Part shown: positions 1 through 11,021 of the stretch, piece by piece
Layout: each line of letters opens with the position of its first letter
How positions within the stretch are numbered: the first letter of the stretch is position 1
Source: Gordius albopunctatus
Taxonomy: Eukaryota
Reading direction: 5' to 3'
Assembly: GCA_964276515.1 (NCBI GenBank)
Contig: OZ193909.1
Coordinates: 13,392,001-13,456,000, forward strand
Length of the DNA stretch: 64,000 nt
The notes under the pieces: model-generated
Database searches by the model: none
Told to the model about the DNA's origin: nothing
The model's input: the letters and a program-made list of their open reading frames with translations, nothing else
Program-made: the position numbers and the translations under genes

Positions 1-236
1 GATTTTAAACTACCCCACCCACTTAAAAAAATACTGTTTTAAATGCATGCCGTGCTTTCGCCTAATTTTAACGTATTACCACCATGCGTTTAGAGGACAC
101 GACTGAAAAGCTTAGGCGTGTTTGGTGTTTTAATTAAAAAATAGTTTATTACCAACTGCCTTAGTTTCAGATTCATCCAAAGTTACCTAGTTAACAACTT
201 ATTTCACTCCGCATCCTTACCTTATTATACTTGCAG

Positions 237-3087
237 AAGGCAGTCTCGGCAACTACCAATGTTGCTATGATCCATTCCACTGAGCCTAATAGCAAAGATG
301 AAGAATCTACTATATCAAGCACTACAAATAATTCTATAGATCCCAGTGACAAATCTCCGGACAAATTATTATCACCTGTGGCAGAAAATGACAAACAAGT
401 GCAAATCACCAAATTTTCTGATATCGCACTAAACGAAGATGAAAAAATTACTACTGAAAACTATTCTGATGGATCTTTGCTAAATTCTCATTCGTCACTT
501 TTGGAGGAATTGAAAATGGCTATAGATTCTGAAAATCGCGTAACTAATGGAGGGTTAGATGAAAGGTAATGACATTTGAAAATATAAATTTCTATTGCAG
601 ATCTGAAAAGGGTCTTTTTAGAAGGCAGCCCGTACGTACCCGTTTTCAAAACTTTTAGGCCCACTCAAGCCCGCCCCTATCCCTTTGAATTTTCAAGCCC
701 GCCCCAGCCTGTGCTAATTTATACTTCAGGCCAGGCCCCCTATCAAGATTGGCCGGTAGCCTCGGCCCAAATCGAATTTTAGCGCTTTTACTAATTCTAC
801 ATTTTAATTTATAAAAATTTCCTGAATAAATACTCTAAATGTTGTGATTTGTTCAATATCACTTTTTAAATATTATTCCCTGATTTTTTTCCTACAAAAA
901 TGGGGTAGTAAAAAAAACTTTTCCCGATATTATCATTAAATAAAATTAGAAGAATATTAGGTGTTTAAAATTTTTGTCCAGATACATATCCACTTGTCCA
1001 TAGTTGCGCACACAGTCCTTTCTAAGCTTAATTTGTATTTCTGGAAATTGGTAATGTCAATTATAAGATGCATTAAATCCTACAATACCAATTTAATTTG
1101 TTGGCATTCGATAAATAAATTTTAAAATGTATTATAAAGTATCTTAAACTGTCAGTAATCAGTTTTGAACAGAAATGTTGCTTTAATAAGTTATATAATA
1201 AAAATATAGTCATGTACTAGGAAATAAAATAAAACATGAGCATTATTTAATACACGATGCAAAAGGAATGAAGGTGACAGGTATGAATGTTCAATAAGTG
1301 CATTGACAAAAAATTAAAGCCATTTAATCATATTTTGTCATCAAAAATTTTCATACCAATTACGAAGAATCTATATTTAATTAAAAATGTAAGAAAATAC
1401 TCTCTAAAAGCCCGTTTGTGATCGGTATAAATTCAGGGACCATTTATAGAATTTTATGCTATAGTATAAGTCCTTTATGAATCTTGTTTGGCCCGCCCGG
1501 ACTCAGTCCGTTAATATTTTTTTATTTTCAAGGCCCGTTTGTACCTGCCCACGGACCGGGCTTTTAGGTCCCTGTTTATCCTTTTTTTGAATTAAGGGGT
1601 TAAATAAGTGCGTTTTTATCTCCTATTTAATAAACGTTTTTCACCTTACTATCTACGTTTATACCATACCCAAAACTCAAATTTTATATTTTTGAATAAC
1701 ACTATAAAATGATCACTAAATTTAGATTATAGATTCACAACAATATTTTGCTTTTTAAATCTTAAATATAAGCTAATAAATACATCACTCATTTTATATT
1801 TGAATTTTTATAAAATTCAATCTTTTGAATCTTCCATGGTGCTATATTTATATCCTATTTATATTTAAATCACTTTTTATTGATATTTTTTTAAAGTGTT
1901 ATCAAGTGCAAACTCTACCCGGAATGGACCACTAGTCAACTTGGCTCTCAAAAAAGCCTCCAAGTAATCATTTTTATACTTTTTAAATTCCAGTAGCCCT
2001 TAATTATTAGTTTGGATCAAATTAAGATGATTTCAAAGAAATATTAAATGAGCCAATATGATTTATTCTAACAGCCTGAGCGATTACTTTATATGTTTCC
2101 TTATATGACTTAAAAACGGGACCTACTCTTTTAAAATAAAAAAATATTTTTGTTCAGCCTATATGGAACCTAACTTAAAGATAGTTTGGGGAATAAGAAA
2201 GCAATATCAAACTTTCCTTTGGCAATGTATAAAATATTTTTTTACATTTTTTCCCTTCGAAATTGAGAGAGCTCATTTTTAGTTGAGTATAAAGCGAGCC
2301 ATATAAATGATTTTGTTTTTTGAGACTGACTAATTAAATTCGAGTAACCTGCAAATATAAAAAAATATCAAGCTTTAAACGCCTTTTGATATGTCATCGA
2401 TCTTAGCGATTATGGCTAAGATGTACATATTTTTAGAGTACTAAATATTTCCCAAATTTAAAAATGTTTTTTGAGGCCTTAAAGATAGATATTTCTTACA
2501 TATATAGGCATTTTGCATTAGTTTTATTATTTTAACATGCACATTAGTTGTTTGTTCACGTTCATTTATGAATAAATTACTATATTCTTAGTTAATCGTA
2601 TTCATTTAAAAACTTTTTTGGGTAGAAAAATTTTAGTTAAAAGTTAAGAAATTAGTTTGGAATTTGTTTAAGATTTTGTATAGGCCCAAAAATGCTTGTT
2701 TATACTCACGTGGACAATGTTTTAAATTTATAAATAAGTATTTGTGGCCAGTCTATTAGTAATATATCTAGCTACTTTAAAAAATATAAAATGTTAATTC
2801 AATTTGTAAATTTAGTTACGGAGTCATTTTATTTTTTAAATAAATCAAGAAACTATATTTAAAATTTTTTTGTATAAATTATTTAATTTTGATGCAAAAA
2901 TTATATTTCAAAATTAAAATTGTTTAATTAGGAAAATTTGATTCAAAGTCAACCGATTGTGTCAGATGGTGTAATTTTAGGTGAAGATTTGAAGCATAAA
3001 TCTGTGGAAGATCTAAATATGAGCGTTCTAAACATGCCCCTCAAACCGGCAACCAGAACAAATACCGTTTGTTGTGCCATCATGTGA
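237..3087 (+). CDS. 3' end (3 exons: 237-565, 1897-1963, 2932-3087) of an unknown low-complexity S/T/E-rich protein ending in a CaaX motif (...TVCCAIM*); 5' part lies outside the window
   Basis: GT-AG junctions with compatible phases (ttgcag|AAG...GAAAG|gtaat; aaag|T GTT...CAA|gtaatc; ttag|GAA...ATG TGA); spliced frame is open to TGA at 3085-3087. Confidence 0.65.
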
Positions 3088-3591
3088 TTGTTATAACAAT
3101 AGATATTATAACCAAACAAAATTATTATTAGATTGTATACGCTTTGATCGTTATTACTTTAATATATGTGTATGTAACTAAATAAATTCAACAATGTTTG
3201 ACAACGATTCCTAGATCTGATCCAATGCTTTTTGCTAGTACAATCAAAAATATAATTTAGCCCAATAATTTTAATAAATCCCAGTTTTGTGTAAAATTGT
3301 ATTGCGTATGCCTCTAAATTTCTGTATATAAACTTGTCAAACGATATTTTTTGCAATTATTTGATTTAAATTATTATTTACTTAAAAATTAAAGCTTAAT
3401 GCCCTATACATATCGGCTTTTTTAAATATAATGCTTCAGACAAATTACAAAATTACTTTTTATTTAAGTTTTTATTGATTGTTTTAAATCCTAAATACTT
3501 TGATTTATAGTATTGACATTGTGCGATTAAATTAATATACTTTACAAATAAAAGTTGATACAAATGCTTGATATCATTACACACTGTGGTT

Positions 3592-4692
3592 TCAAAAGGA
3601 TAATCCTATCCAATTTAACGGATATTTCGTATCGTAAGTGAATTTTTTTTCAACCAAATGAGGGGCATCGTTTTGGTAATAATTGGTGGGGTATAGCGTA
3701 ACCCGACCTCTAGCTAAAAAGGCGGCCCACCACCCGTAAGTTCCTTGCGTGATGATTGAATAATTGCAAGAAGCCAATGTGGCTAAATCCTCGATCGCGG
3801 ATCTACCTCGGCAAAAAGTTACGTCGGACGAGGTGTCAAACGTGCCTTTACACCAAGGCAAATCATCGCTACACATTATAAATATGTATTTATTCGATTT
3901 GGGAAAAGCTTCCGATTTCGCGAAATAATTCCTGTACCAAGTCATGGCTTTGTTCAAATAAGTTAAACCACTAAATTTGGCTCGCTGCCTTGTAGTCCAT
4001 TCTATCATATCGGTCCTGCGTACGTGAATTCCCACATATGATACGTGCTCTTCCGGTTGAAAACGAGAACGAGCAACGTCTTTTAAAAATAAAGTTGCAC
4101 TCGTTTGTATTTTAGGTTTGAATCTAAATTCTCGTCCAATGTCCGATTGATGATGAATGAAGTATTTGTAGGAGTTAGGGAAACCGTGAAATGCATTGTA
4201 ACTTTCATCATTAACTCTGCTCGGCAACGAATCGTCGTAAGACAGGCTAACGTTGTAAATTTTCAAGTCATGGCCAGATCTATTTACATCGAAGGCAGGG
4301 TCTGGCAAATCAATGTGACTAACTTGGAAAAAATTAGATAGCCTTTTGTTCTTTAATTTATTTTTCCTAACGATAAGTGCAGGAATTTTGGCCGTGTCCT
4401 TAGCCAAAGCGTATATGGCTGCGTATTGGAACATGAGATTCCCAAGCCTGCCTCTAGCGTACCAATAAATGTAATCTCCCGCCACATTCTCACTAGTTTG
4501 GGGATTAAATTTATAAAAATCTGGATTTAGGCTCAAATTTTTGTGAATGTCATTGTTGGGTCGTATAATTGTTAGAAAATAGCCATAATTCCAATATACG
4601 TATAGGAAAAGAGAGAATGTTATTAGTAAGGCGTAGATTTGGAAGATGTTGTGACAACATTTACGCTTAATATTGAAGTAATCGGAATTCAT
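3592..4692 (-). CDS. Galactoside alpha-1,2-fucosyltransferase (GT11, FUT1/FUT2-like), 366 aa, type II membrane protein
   Basis: N-terminal TM segment; GT11 motifs GRLGNLMFQYA, VGIHVRRTD, CSDDLPWC, DLATLASCNYSIITQGTYGWWAAFL. Confidence 0.93.
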   Translation of the reverse strand: MNSDYFNIKRKCCHNIFQIYALLITFSLFLYVYWNYGYFLTIIRPNNDIHKNLSLNPDFYKFNPQTSENVAGDYIYWYARGRLGNLMFQYAAIYALAKDTAKIPALIVRKNKLKNKRLSNFFQVSHIDLPDPAFDVNRSGHDLKIYNVSLSYDDSLPSRVNDESYNAFHGFPNSYKYFIHHQSDIGREFRFKPKIQTSATLFLKDVARSRFQPEEHVSYVGIHVRRTDMIEWTTRQRAKFSGLTYLNKAMTWYRNYFAKSEAFPKSNKYIFIMCSDDLPWCKGTFDTSSDVTFCRGRSAIEDLATLASCNYSIITQGTYGWWAAFLARGRVTLYPTNYYQNDAPHLVEKKFTYDTKYPLNWIGLSF

Positions 4693-4865
4693 AATCCATC
4701 GTTTGCAACCACCTCTCGTATAAATAAAACCTGTTTAGTGTGACAAATAAATTATTACGAATATTATCGAAATTATATTGAATATTTAGTTATAATTTTA
4801 TATTAAATGGACTAATTACTTGTATAATTTTCGCTCACAGTAAATTGTTTTCACATATAAAAAGG

Positions 4866-5759
4866 TAGAGAACTGCAAAGTCACTTTTTTCAACCCGAAC
4901 CCGACCCGACCCGAATGTATTTTAAAATTTTTAACCCAAACCCAACCCGGCCAAATTTTGCTATCCAACGCGAGAGTAAGAAAAATTGCGGTATGCATGA
5001 GCGTAGCCAGGGGGTGGCAGGGAGGGGCGGATGCCCCTCTAAATCCAAAAAATCTTAGATATTTTATCAAATTATGGGGCTAAAATTTAAAAAATGGTGC
5101 CTTAATCATTATTGCCCTCCTCTAATTTCAATTTCCTGGCTACTCCCTGAGGGTCTTAAAATCTAATCGACAAATTAAAGTGCGATTTATGAAACTAATT
5201 GATTCCGCAGATTTTGGTTACTAAATTTATTTTAATGATTTATTATAGAGATATATATGTGATAGCACACAGTATCTGGTCACATTTAATTTGAAATATA
5301 GTTTTGCAAATGAATCATTTAATAAATTTAAACATAATCTTATTTGTTTTATGAATATATACTTTTGTAGATTAAATTAATAATGAACTACAACTTCACA
5401 CTATTTAAATACAATTTAAAAATATCATTTTGTTGATATATTTTACATTTCACGAGTCAAATTTAAATTTGCGTCCAAAATATAAAACAATCAGATTTAA
5501 AAAAAAAACAAAAGGAATTTTAATTAACTTAATGAATGATCTTCAATTATAAATTTAGATATTAATTTAAAAATATTAAACATAATAGCATTATTTTTAA
5601 AGATATGTCCCGTGTATTCTGCAATGTAAGATTCATAACCCTTGACCCGACACTTTAAATCCAACCCGACCCGACCCGAAGGCATTTCAAAATATTAAAC
5701 CCGAACCCGACCCGAAGACATTTTAAAATGGTCTCGGGGGTCACCCGTGCAGTTCTCTA
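4866..5759. mobile_element. Non-autonomous hAT (Ac-like) element with a nested MITE at about 4996-5149
   Basis: TIRs TAGAGAACTGCA / TGCAGTTCTCTA; 8-bp TSD TAAAAAGG/TAAAAAAG; subterminal ACCCG(A) repeats. Confidence 0.8.
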
Positions 5760-5807
5760 TAAAAAAGTAAGAGTTTATTGTATTTATGCATGTCAGAGGT
5801 ATTTATA

Positions 5808-7937
5808 CAGTGGCGTACATAAGGGGGCGGTTATGGGGTTCAAACCCAAAACCATTGCTCCAAACTCTAATGTGTTTGGGGATAGTCATTTAAAGGACGG
5901 CTAATTTTGAGTCTCAAAACATATCTTAAAAAAATTCTATTAAAAAAATAATATAGTATCTATCAATAATTCCGCAAGATCTGTAAATTATTGTTCAATG
6001 TGAATTTATAATTTTATTATGTCTAAAATCTTCAATAAATATTTAAAATTAATTAATAAATTGCGATTTATTAATATTTTGAAGAAGATAATAATAACCC
6101 AATTTAGAAGTGCCGTAATTTACATTAAGGTGTACTTTAATTAACGCTATCTAAAGGCAATTTTAATTAGAGACTTTTGACTATATAGATCCCTATCTTT
6201 TTTAGCAAACAAAATAATTATTCCATAAATACTATAAGAAGGCCTCGCATATACACCTATCTCGCTTAGAATGTGACTAGAAATAACTAAGGCATACTGA
6301 TGGTGGGATCTAATAAGAGCGAAAACGTCATATCAGAGTCACATGCTAAAAAAGATAGGGATATGATATAGTCCAATTAGTTTATAAATGAGTTTGCCTC
6401 TAGATGGCGGTAATTAGGATACACATTAAAGTTAATTGCGACACTCATAAATATTGTTATTATTGACTTTTTAAAAATCTTTAATAAAGTTGGATGTATG
6501 CGACCGTGTTTTTTTTTAATTTAAACGAAAACTTTGCTGGTCAGCTTGCTAAACTATCTCGGCGAATTGCAAATGTCCCCAACAAAAATTCATATTAATC
6601 AATCAATTTTAAGTTAAAGTTAAAATTTAAGCTTTTTTAAATCTAATTTATAATTATCATAATAGGCACAATATTTACGGCTTTCTTTGTGGTAATCAAA
6701 ATGATGGTCGTTAATGTCCAAGACTGAATTCGCCAAGATAGTTTTCGGCGAGTTGATAGGGTACCGAATGATTCTAATACAAACTCGGAATTCAAAGCGA
6801 GGATATATTTAAAATCCAATTTTAGTTTATTTGAAAATATTATTCTAAATGGAAAATAAACTTGAAAACCCTATCCATAAATTTTCATTTTTTTATTAAT
6901 ATTAATTTATCAAACTTATGATGGGATATCACTAATAAAGGGAAAAAATGGTGTAAAAACAATTTTTTGGAAAACTATTGGCTTTATATGTGCATGTGGT
7001 ACATAAAAATATGCAAGATATGTTAAACAATAAGCATGTGATATGGACAATTAAATCGAAACCAGGATGGAATTTTCGTAAATTTAATAATATTTTAATA
7101 TATTTTGAAAGTGTTAGAAAGTTTAAAACAAGTTTAAATGCCCAGATAATTTTTCATTAAATATTAAAATTAGTCTTTTAATAGTAGTTCATTACGCCTT
7201 TTACTCGTTGTTGCATACGAATTTATAATATCATCCGGGGGAATAACATTTATAAAGTAATGTTTTAAACTCAATAAAGCTAAGGAAGATAACCTATCTT
7301 GTCCAATTGTGGAACAAAGATAAGCTTAAGGGGCCTGGGGGCCCAAGATTTTCCCTTGGGGGAGGGGGCCATGGGACCCGGTTTTCGCTTCTGGAAATTT
7401 ACGAGGGTTTTCATTTTTTGGACGGGCATAACAGAAACACCAAGCTTGGATTGAGTTTAGCGCAATGAAAAACAATGTGCAGGAGTCTCGCCTAAGCAGG
7501 TGTTATTAATAACAAATTTAGAACATTAAATGTAAATCTACACCTATCATAGGCATTGAATGCTGTCAAGTTGAAAAGTGGAAACAACTAACAAATAATT
7601 TTACAGAGGAATTTCATGTTAGTTTTAAAAGTAGAGATAATTTTTTTTTAATTTTTAGAACAAATAAAGGTACAAAGTGAGACTTTACTCACATCAACTA
7701 AATTATGTGTTGTGTTACAATTTTTTAATACCAAATTAGCTTTCTATGTTCTCATCTTCTTTACACCAGCCTCAATAGAATTTAAAATCTAAATTTGGCT
7801 GGACAAACTCACATGGATGCTACAATATGTATATAGATCTTAGATCAAATTGCAAAAAAAAATCCTATCCATTTTTTCGATATTTAAAGAAAAAATTTGA
7901 AAACCCCTCGCAAAATAAAATCCTGCGTACGCCCCTC
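5808..7937. mobile_element. Non-autonomous hAT-like element containing nested palindromic MITEs
   Basis: Ends CAGTGGCGTAC / GTACGCCCCTC, flanked by TATTTATA/GATTTATA (8 bp, 1 mismatch). Confidence 0.55.
6067..6488. repeat. Long imperfect inverted repeat (foldback MITE-like), arms about 140 bp
   Basis: Perfect 19-bp inner arms ATCCCTATCTTTTTTAGCA (6189-6207) / TGCTAAAAAAGATAGGGAT (6344-6362); degenerate pairing extends to TTTATTAA / TTAATAAA. Confidence 0.75.
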
Positions 7938-8089
7938 GATTTATATAATTCGAGGTGTGATCAAAAACTAATATATTTAAATAACCAAATACCTACGATT
8001 TTTCCCTATTTAATTAGATATAAGGCACGATTTTTTGAATGAGTTATAATTATCGTTCGACAGGGTGTTCACTCCCAATATTTATTTTT

Positions 8090-8301
8090 TTATTTAACAA
8101 AATTAGGGCAAATTTTTAGAATTAATCAATTCCTTCAACCTTCGCAATTCATTGTATAATCTTTTGTCCTCATCTAAATAAATCCTAATTCATTTCTTTA
8201 TTTAACAAAATTAGGGTAAATTTTTAGAATTAATAATCAATTCTTTCAACCTTCGCAAATCATTGTATGATCTTTTGCCCTCATCTAAATAAATCCTAAT
8301 T
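8090..8301 (+). repeat. Tandem duplication, unit about 109 bp
   Basis: TATTTAACAAAATTAGGG...CATCTAAATAAATCCTAATT occurs twice in tandem. Confidence 0.85.
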
Positions 8302-8552
8302 GCGTCTTGATAATCTCATTGTTCACTAAAAACATAAAAAATAAGGCAAAAAATTATTTTGCATAGTTTTTATACAAAGTGCAAAGTTTTTTTTCCCATT
8401 TTTCAAGTTTTTTATTCAATTTGCCAAGTTTTTAATTAAATGTTAAGTTTTTTATTAAATGTTCAGATTTTTATTTATTTTTGCTCAGAGAAATATCGCA
8501 CTTGCCAAGTTTTTTTACGCAAAGTGGTTTTAACCTTTAAATAAAAAGATGT

Positions 8553-8612
8553 AGGTGCGGGATTAGAACCTACGACCTATGAAGATTGCCACACATTCAA
8601 TCAACTGAGATA
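8553..8612 (-). pseudogene. Degenerate tRNA-derived sequence (SINE head or tRNA relic) in a repeat-rich segment
   Basis: Minus strand has A-box-like TATCTCAGTTGATT and B-box/T-loop GTAGGTTCTAATCCCGC; no intact anticodon or acceptor stem. Confidence 0.45.
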
Positions 8613-9898
8613 TTAGTCTTAAAAATATAATCTACCCATTACTTATATATAGCTACACTTGGTGGTACAATTAAGCAAAAAATATTAGTACTGGTCAAAA
8701 AGAGGGCGACCATCAAAAGCTAAAAATGCTTTTATTTTACAATAATTTACTAATGGAATATAACACTTTATTGCATTTTTATTTTAATAAAGGATAATTA
8801 AAAGCATTATTTTGTTTGTTTTCAATATACTTTGATTAAAATTAGGTACTTAAAATAAACATAATTTTTATTATAAAAATTTAGAGTAATAACTTACAGC
8901 GATTATAAAAACTCTCTAGGGTTTCCACGGATAAATTTTTTTTATAAATATACAATTTTAAATTAATAATTTATAACGATTAAAAGAGCTCTCTACTGTT
9001 TCCACAGTCCAATAATAATTTTTAAACTTGCCTATAAGGCCTTTAAAACAATTATAAATGCTGCAAAAAATATTGAACATTCTTCTGTTTAAAATTCTTT
9101 TTAATAAAAACTGATAATATTTTGAAAAAAAACGGAATATTTTTTGAAAAATTACTGAAAATTTTTTACAAAAAAACTGAGCACTTTTTAATTAAAATGT
9201 GAGCATAAAAAACTGAACATTTTTAATTAAAAATTTTAGCAATTTGAATTAAAAACTGAGCACAAACAACTGAGCATTATGGAATTTTTCACGCAGCATT
9301 TAAATAACACCCAAAAAATCGTAGTAACAAAAGTTTTAAGCATTTATTTCCAATTAAACAAAAAATTTTTATTAAATCTTGGACAATATATTTATAACTG
9401 TTGTAAATAAATTGACTAATTTCCGTCGCGTCGCTTAAAATTAAATAAATAAATCGTTATTACCTAATATTTGGAGGGATATAAAAGTTAAAAATAAGTC
9501 AATATGAACTTACGTCCTATAGAAGTGGTGTTGGATCGAATAGAGTCGTTATTGTGAATATAACTCAAAATTTGAGGTAGTATTCGGAATACAATTTGGC
9601 TTGTACTTTGGTTGTCATCTTGCGTGAGGGATGTTATCAAAGAATAGAATGAAGAAATAGGTAGTGGTGGTTGGTGGAAGGGGAGGAAAGATCAACACAA
9701 AGCTCAACTCTTTCCAATGTAAACAACACATATTGTGAAAAGTGATAAAATGAAAGTATACACTACTCTAGCTCTACTCATGATGACTCGCGTTGTATCA
9801 TCATTTCATATCTAATATATAATAGTCTGTTGAAGATGTTCTGTCGCATTTTTTCAAATGATAAAATATATTTGCCTAACATGGATAGACATTATTAA

Positions 9899-10457
9899 TA
9901 TTGGGAGAAGATAAAGTAAAAATAAGTGAATAAAATAAAAATACCGGGTAATAAAAAAGGTGGTTTTTTCAGGTTTTTTTTTAATTCATACTTTGATAAA
10001 TTTGCCATGTTATTTAGCATAACGGTTGTCAGAATTCAGATTCTAAGGAATCAATGAGATCAAAGATATATTTTATAAAGAGATAAAATGAGATTTTAAA
10101 AATTGAATGAATATATTGTGATTTTCCGGACTTTTATACGCGTGTCTCAAAATCTTTTATGCAACTAAACTGTAATATTTTAGCCCATTTAATCTAATTT
10201 ATTAAACAAAGAAACGTCCCACTTTCTGGCCCCTTGGCTACGCGCCTGATATTGGGAGAAGATAAAGTAAAAATAAGTGAATAAAATAAAAATACTGGGT
10301 AATAAAAAAGGGTGTTTTTTTTAGGTTTTTTTTTTAATTTATACTTTGATAAATTTGCCATGTTATTTAGCATAGCGGTTGTCAGAATTCAGATTCTAAG
10401 GAATCAATAAGATCAAAGATATATTTTATAAAGAGATAAAATGAGATTTTAAAAATT
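9899..10457 (+). repeat. Near-identical direct duplication of about 205 bp (9899-10103 and 10249-10457)
   Basis: ATATTGGGAGAAGATAAAG...ATGAGATTTTAAAAATT twice; the spacer ends in a MITE terminus (GGCTACGCGCCTG). Confidence 0.85.
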
Positions 10458-10970
10458 AGTAACAAAAAGAAAATTATTTAAGAGGGGCTAGAACCTTGCA
10501 ACATGTATTTTCTTCCGCTCAAGCTTGACGTTTTTATTTTTAATTTGTCAAAAATTTTCAACTGAAACATAATTGGTTTAATAAGGCAAGGGTGTGGATA
10601 AAAATTTAAAAGAGACAAAATCTATCTTTTTTTTGCTACTAGAATTAAAAAACTTACTTGGCACCAGTTTACAATAGATATAGATAATTTTAAACCGAGT
10701 CTATTTGGTGCAGATGTCTACAATCTTGAAACCTTTCAATTGAAAATTTATAAAAATTTCTTTGGTATGTTGAACTACTGAAAAATTTATATTTCTATAC
10801 TCAAAATCTAAGGTTTTAGCGAAGTTATTAAAACTATTTCTTTATTATAAAGATGCAAAATCCAATGGAGGGTAAAGAATCATTTTAATGCATAAAATAC
10901 TTTCTCAATTATTAATATTTACCTATAATTTGAATTATTTATGTCATTTTGTCATTAATAATGTAAGCTG

Positions 10971-11021
10971 AGTTGCGCACTATCATCCTGGAGTAGGTTG
11001 CATTAAAGCGCGTTTTTTACT
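10971..11021 (+). repeat. 51-bp direct repeat, copy 1 (probable target-site duplication of the CRE element)
   Basis: AGTTGCGCACTATCATCCTGGAGTAGGTTGCATTAAAGCGCGTTTTTTACT, identical to 14229-14279. Confidence 0.92.

Noticed and set aside
596..1573. hAT-like element with GCCCG subterminal repeats
   Set aside because: Probably a decayed MITE, but TIRs match poorly and no TSD was found.
4816..5070. Short ORFs such as 4816-5070, 20625-20960, 39255-39551 and 62982-63176
   Set aside because: Chance frames across MITE sequence.
9105..9280. CRISPR-like array
   Set aside because: Irregular A-rich minisatellite with no unique spacers, in a eukaryotic context.
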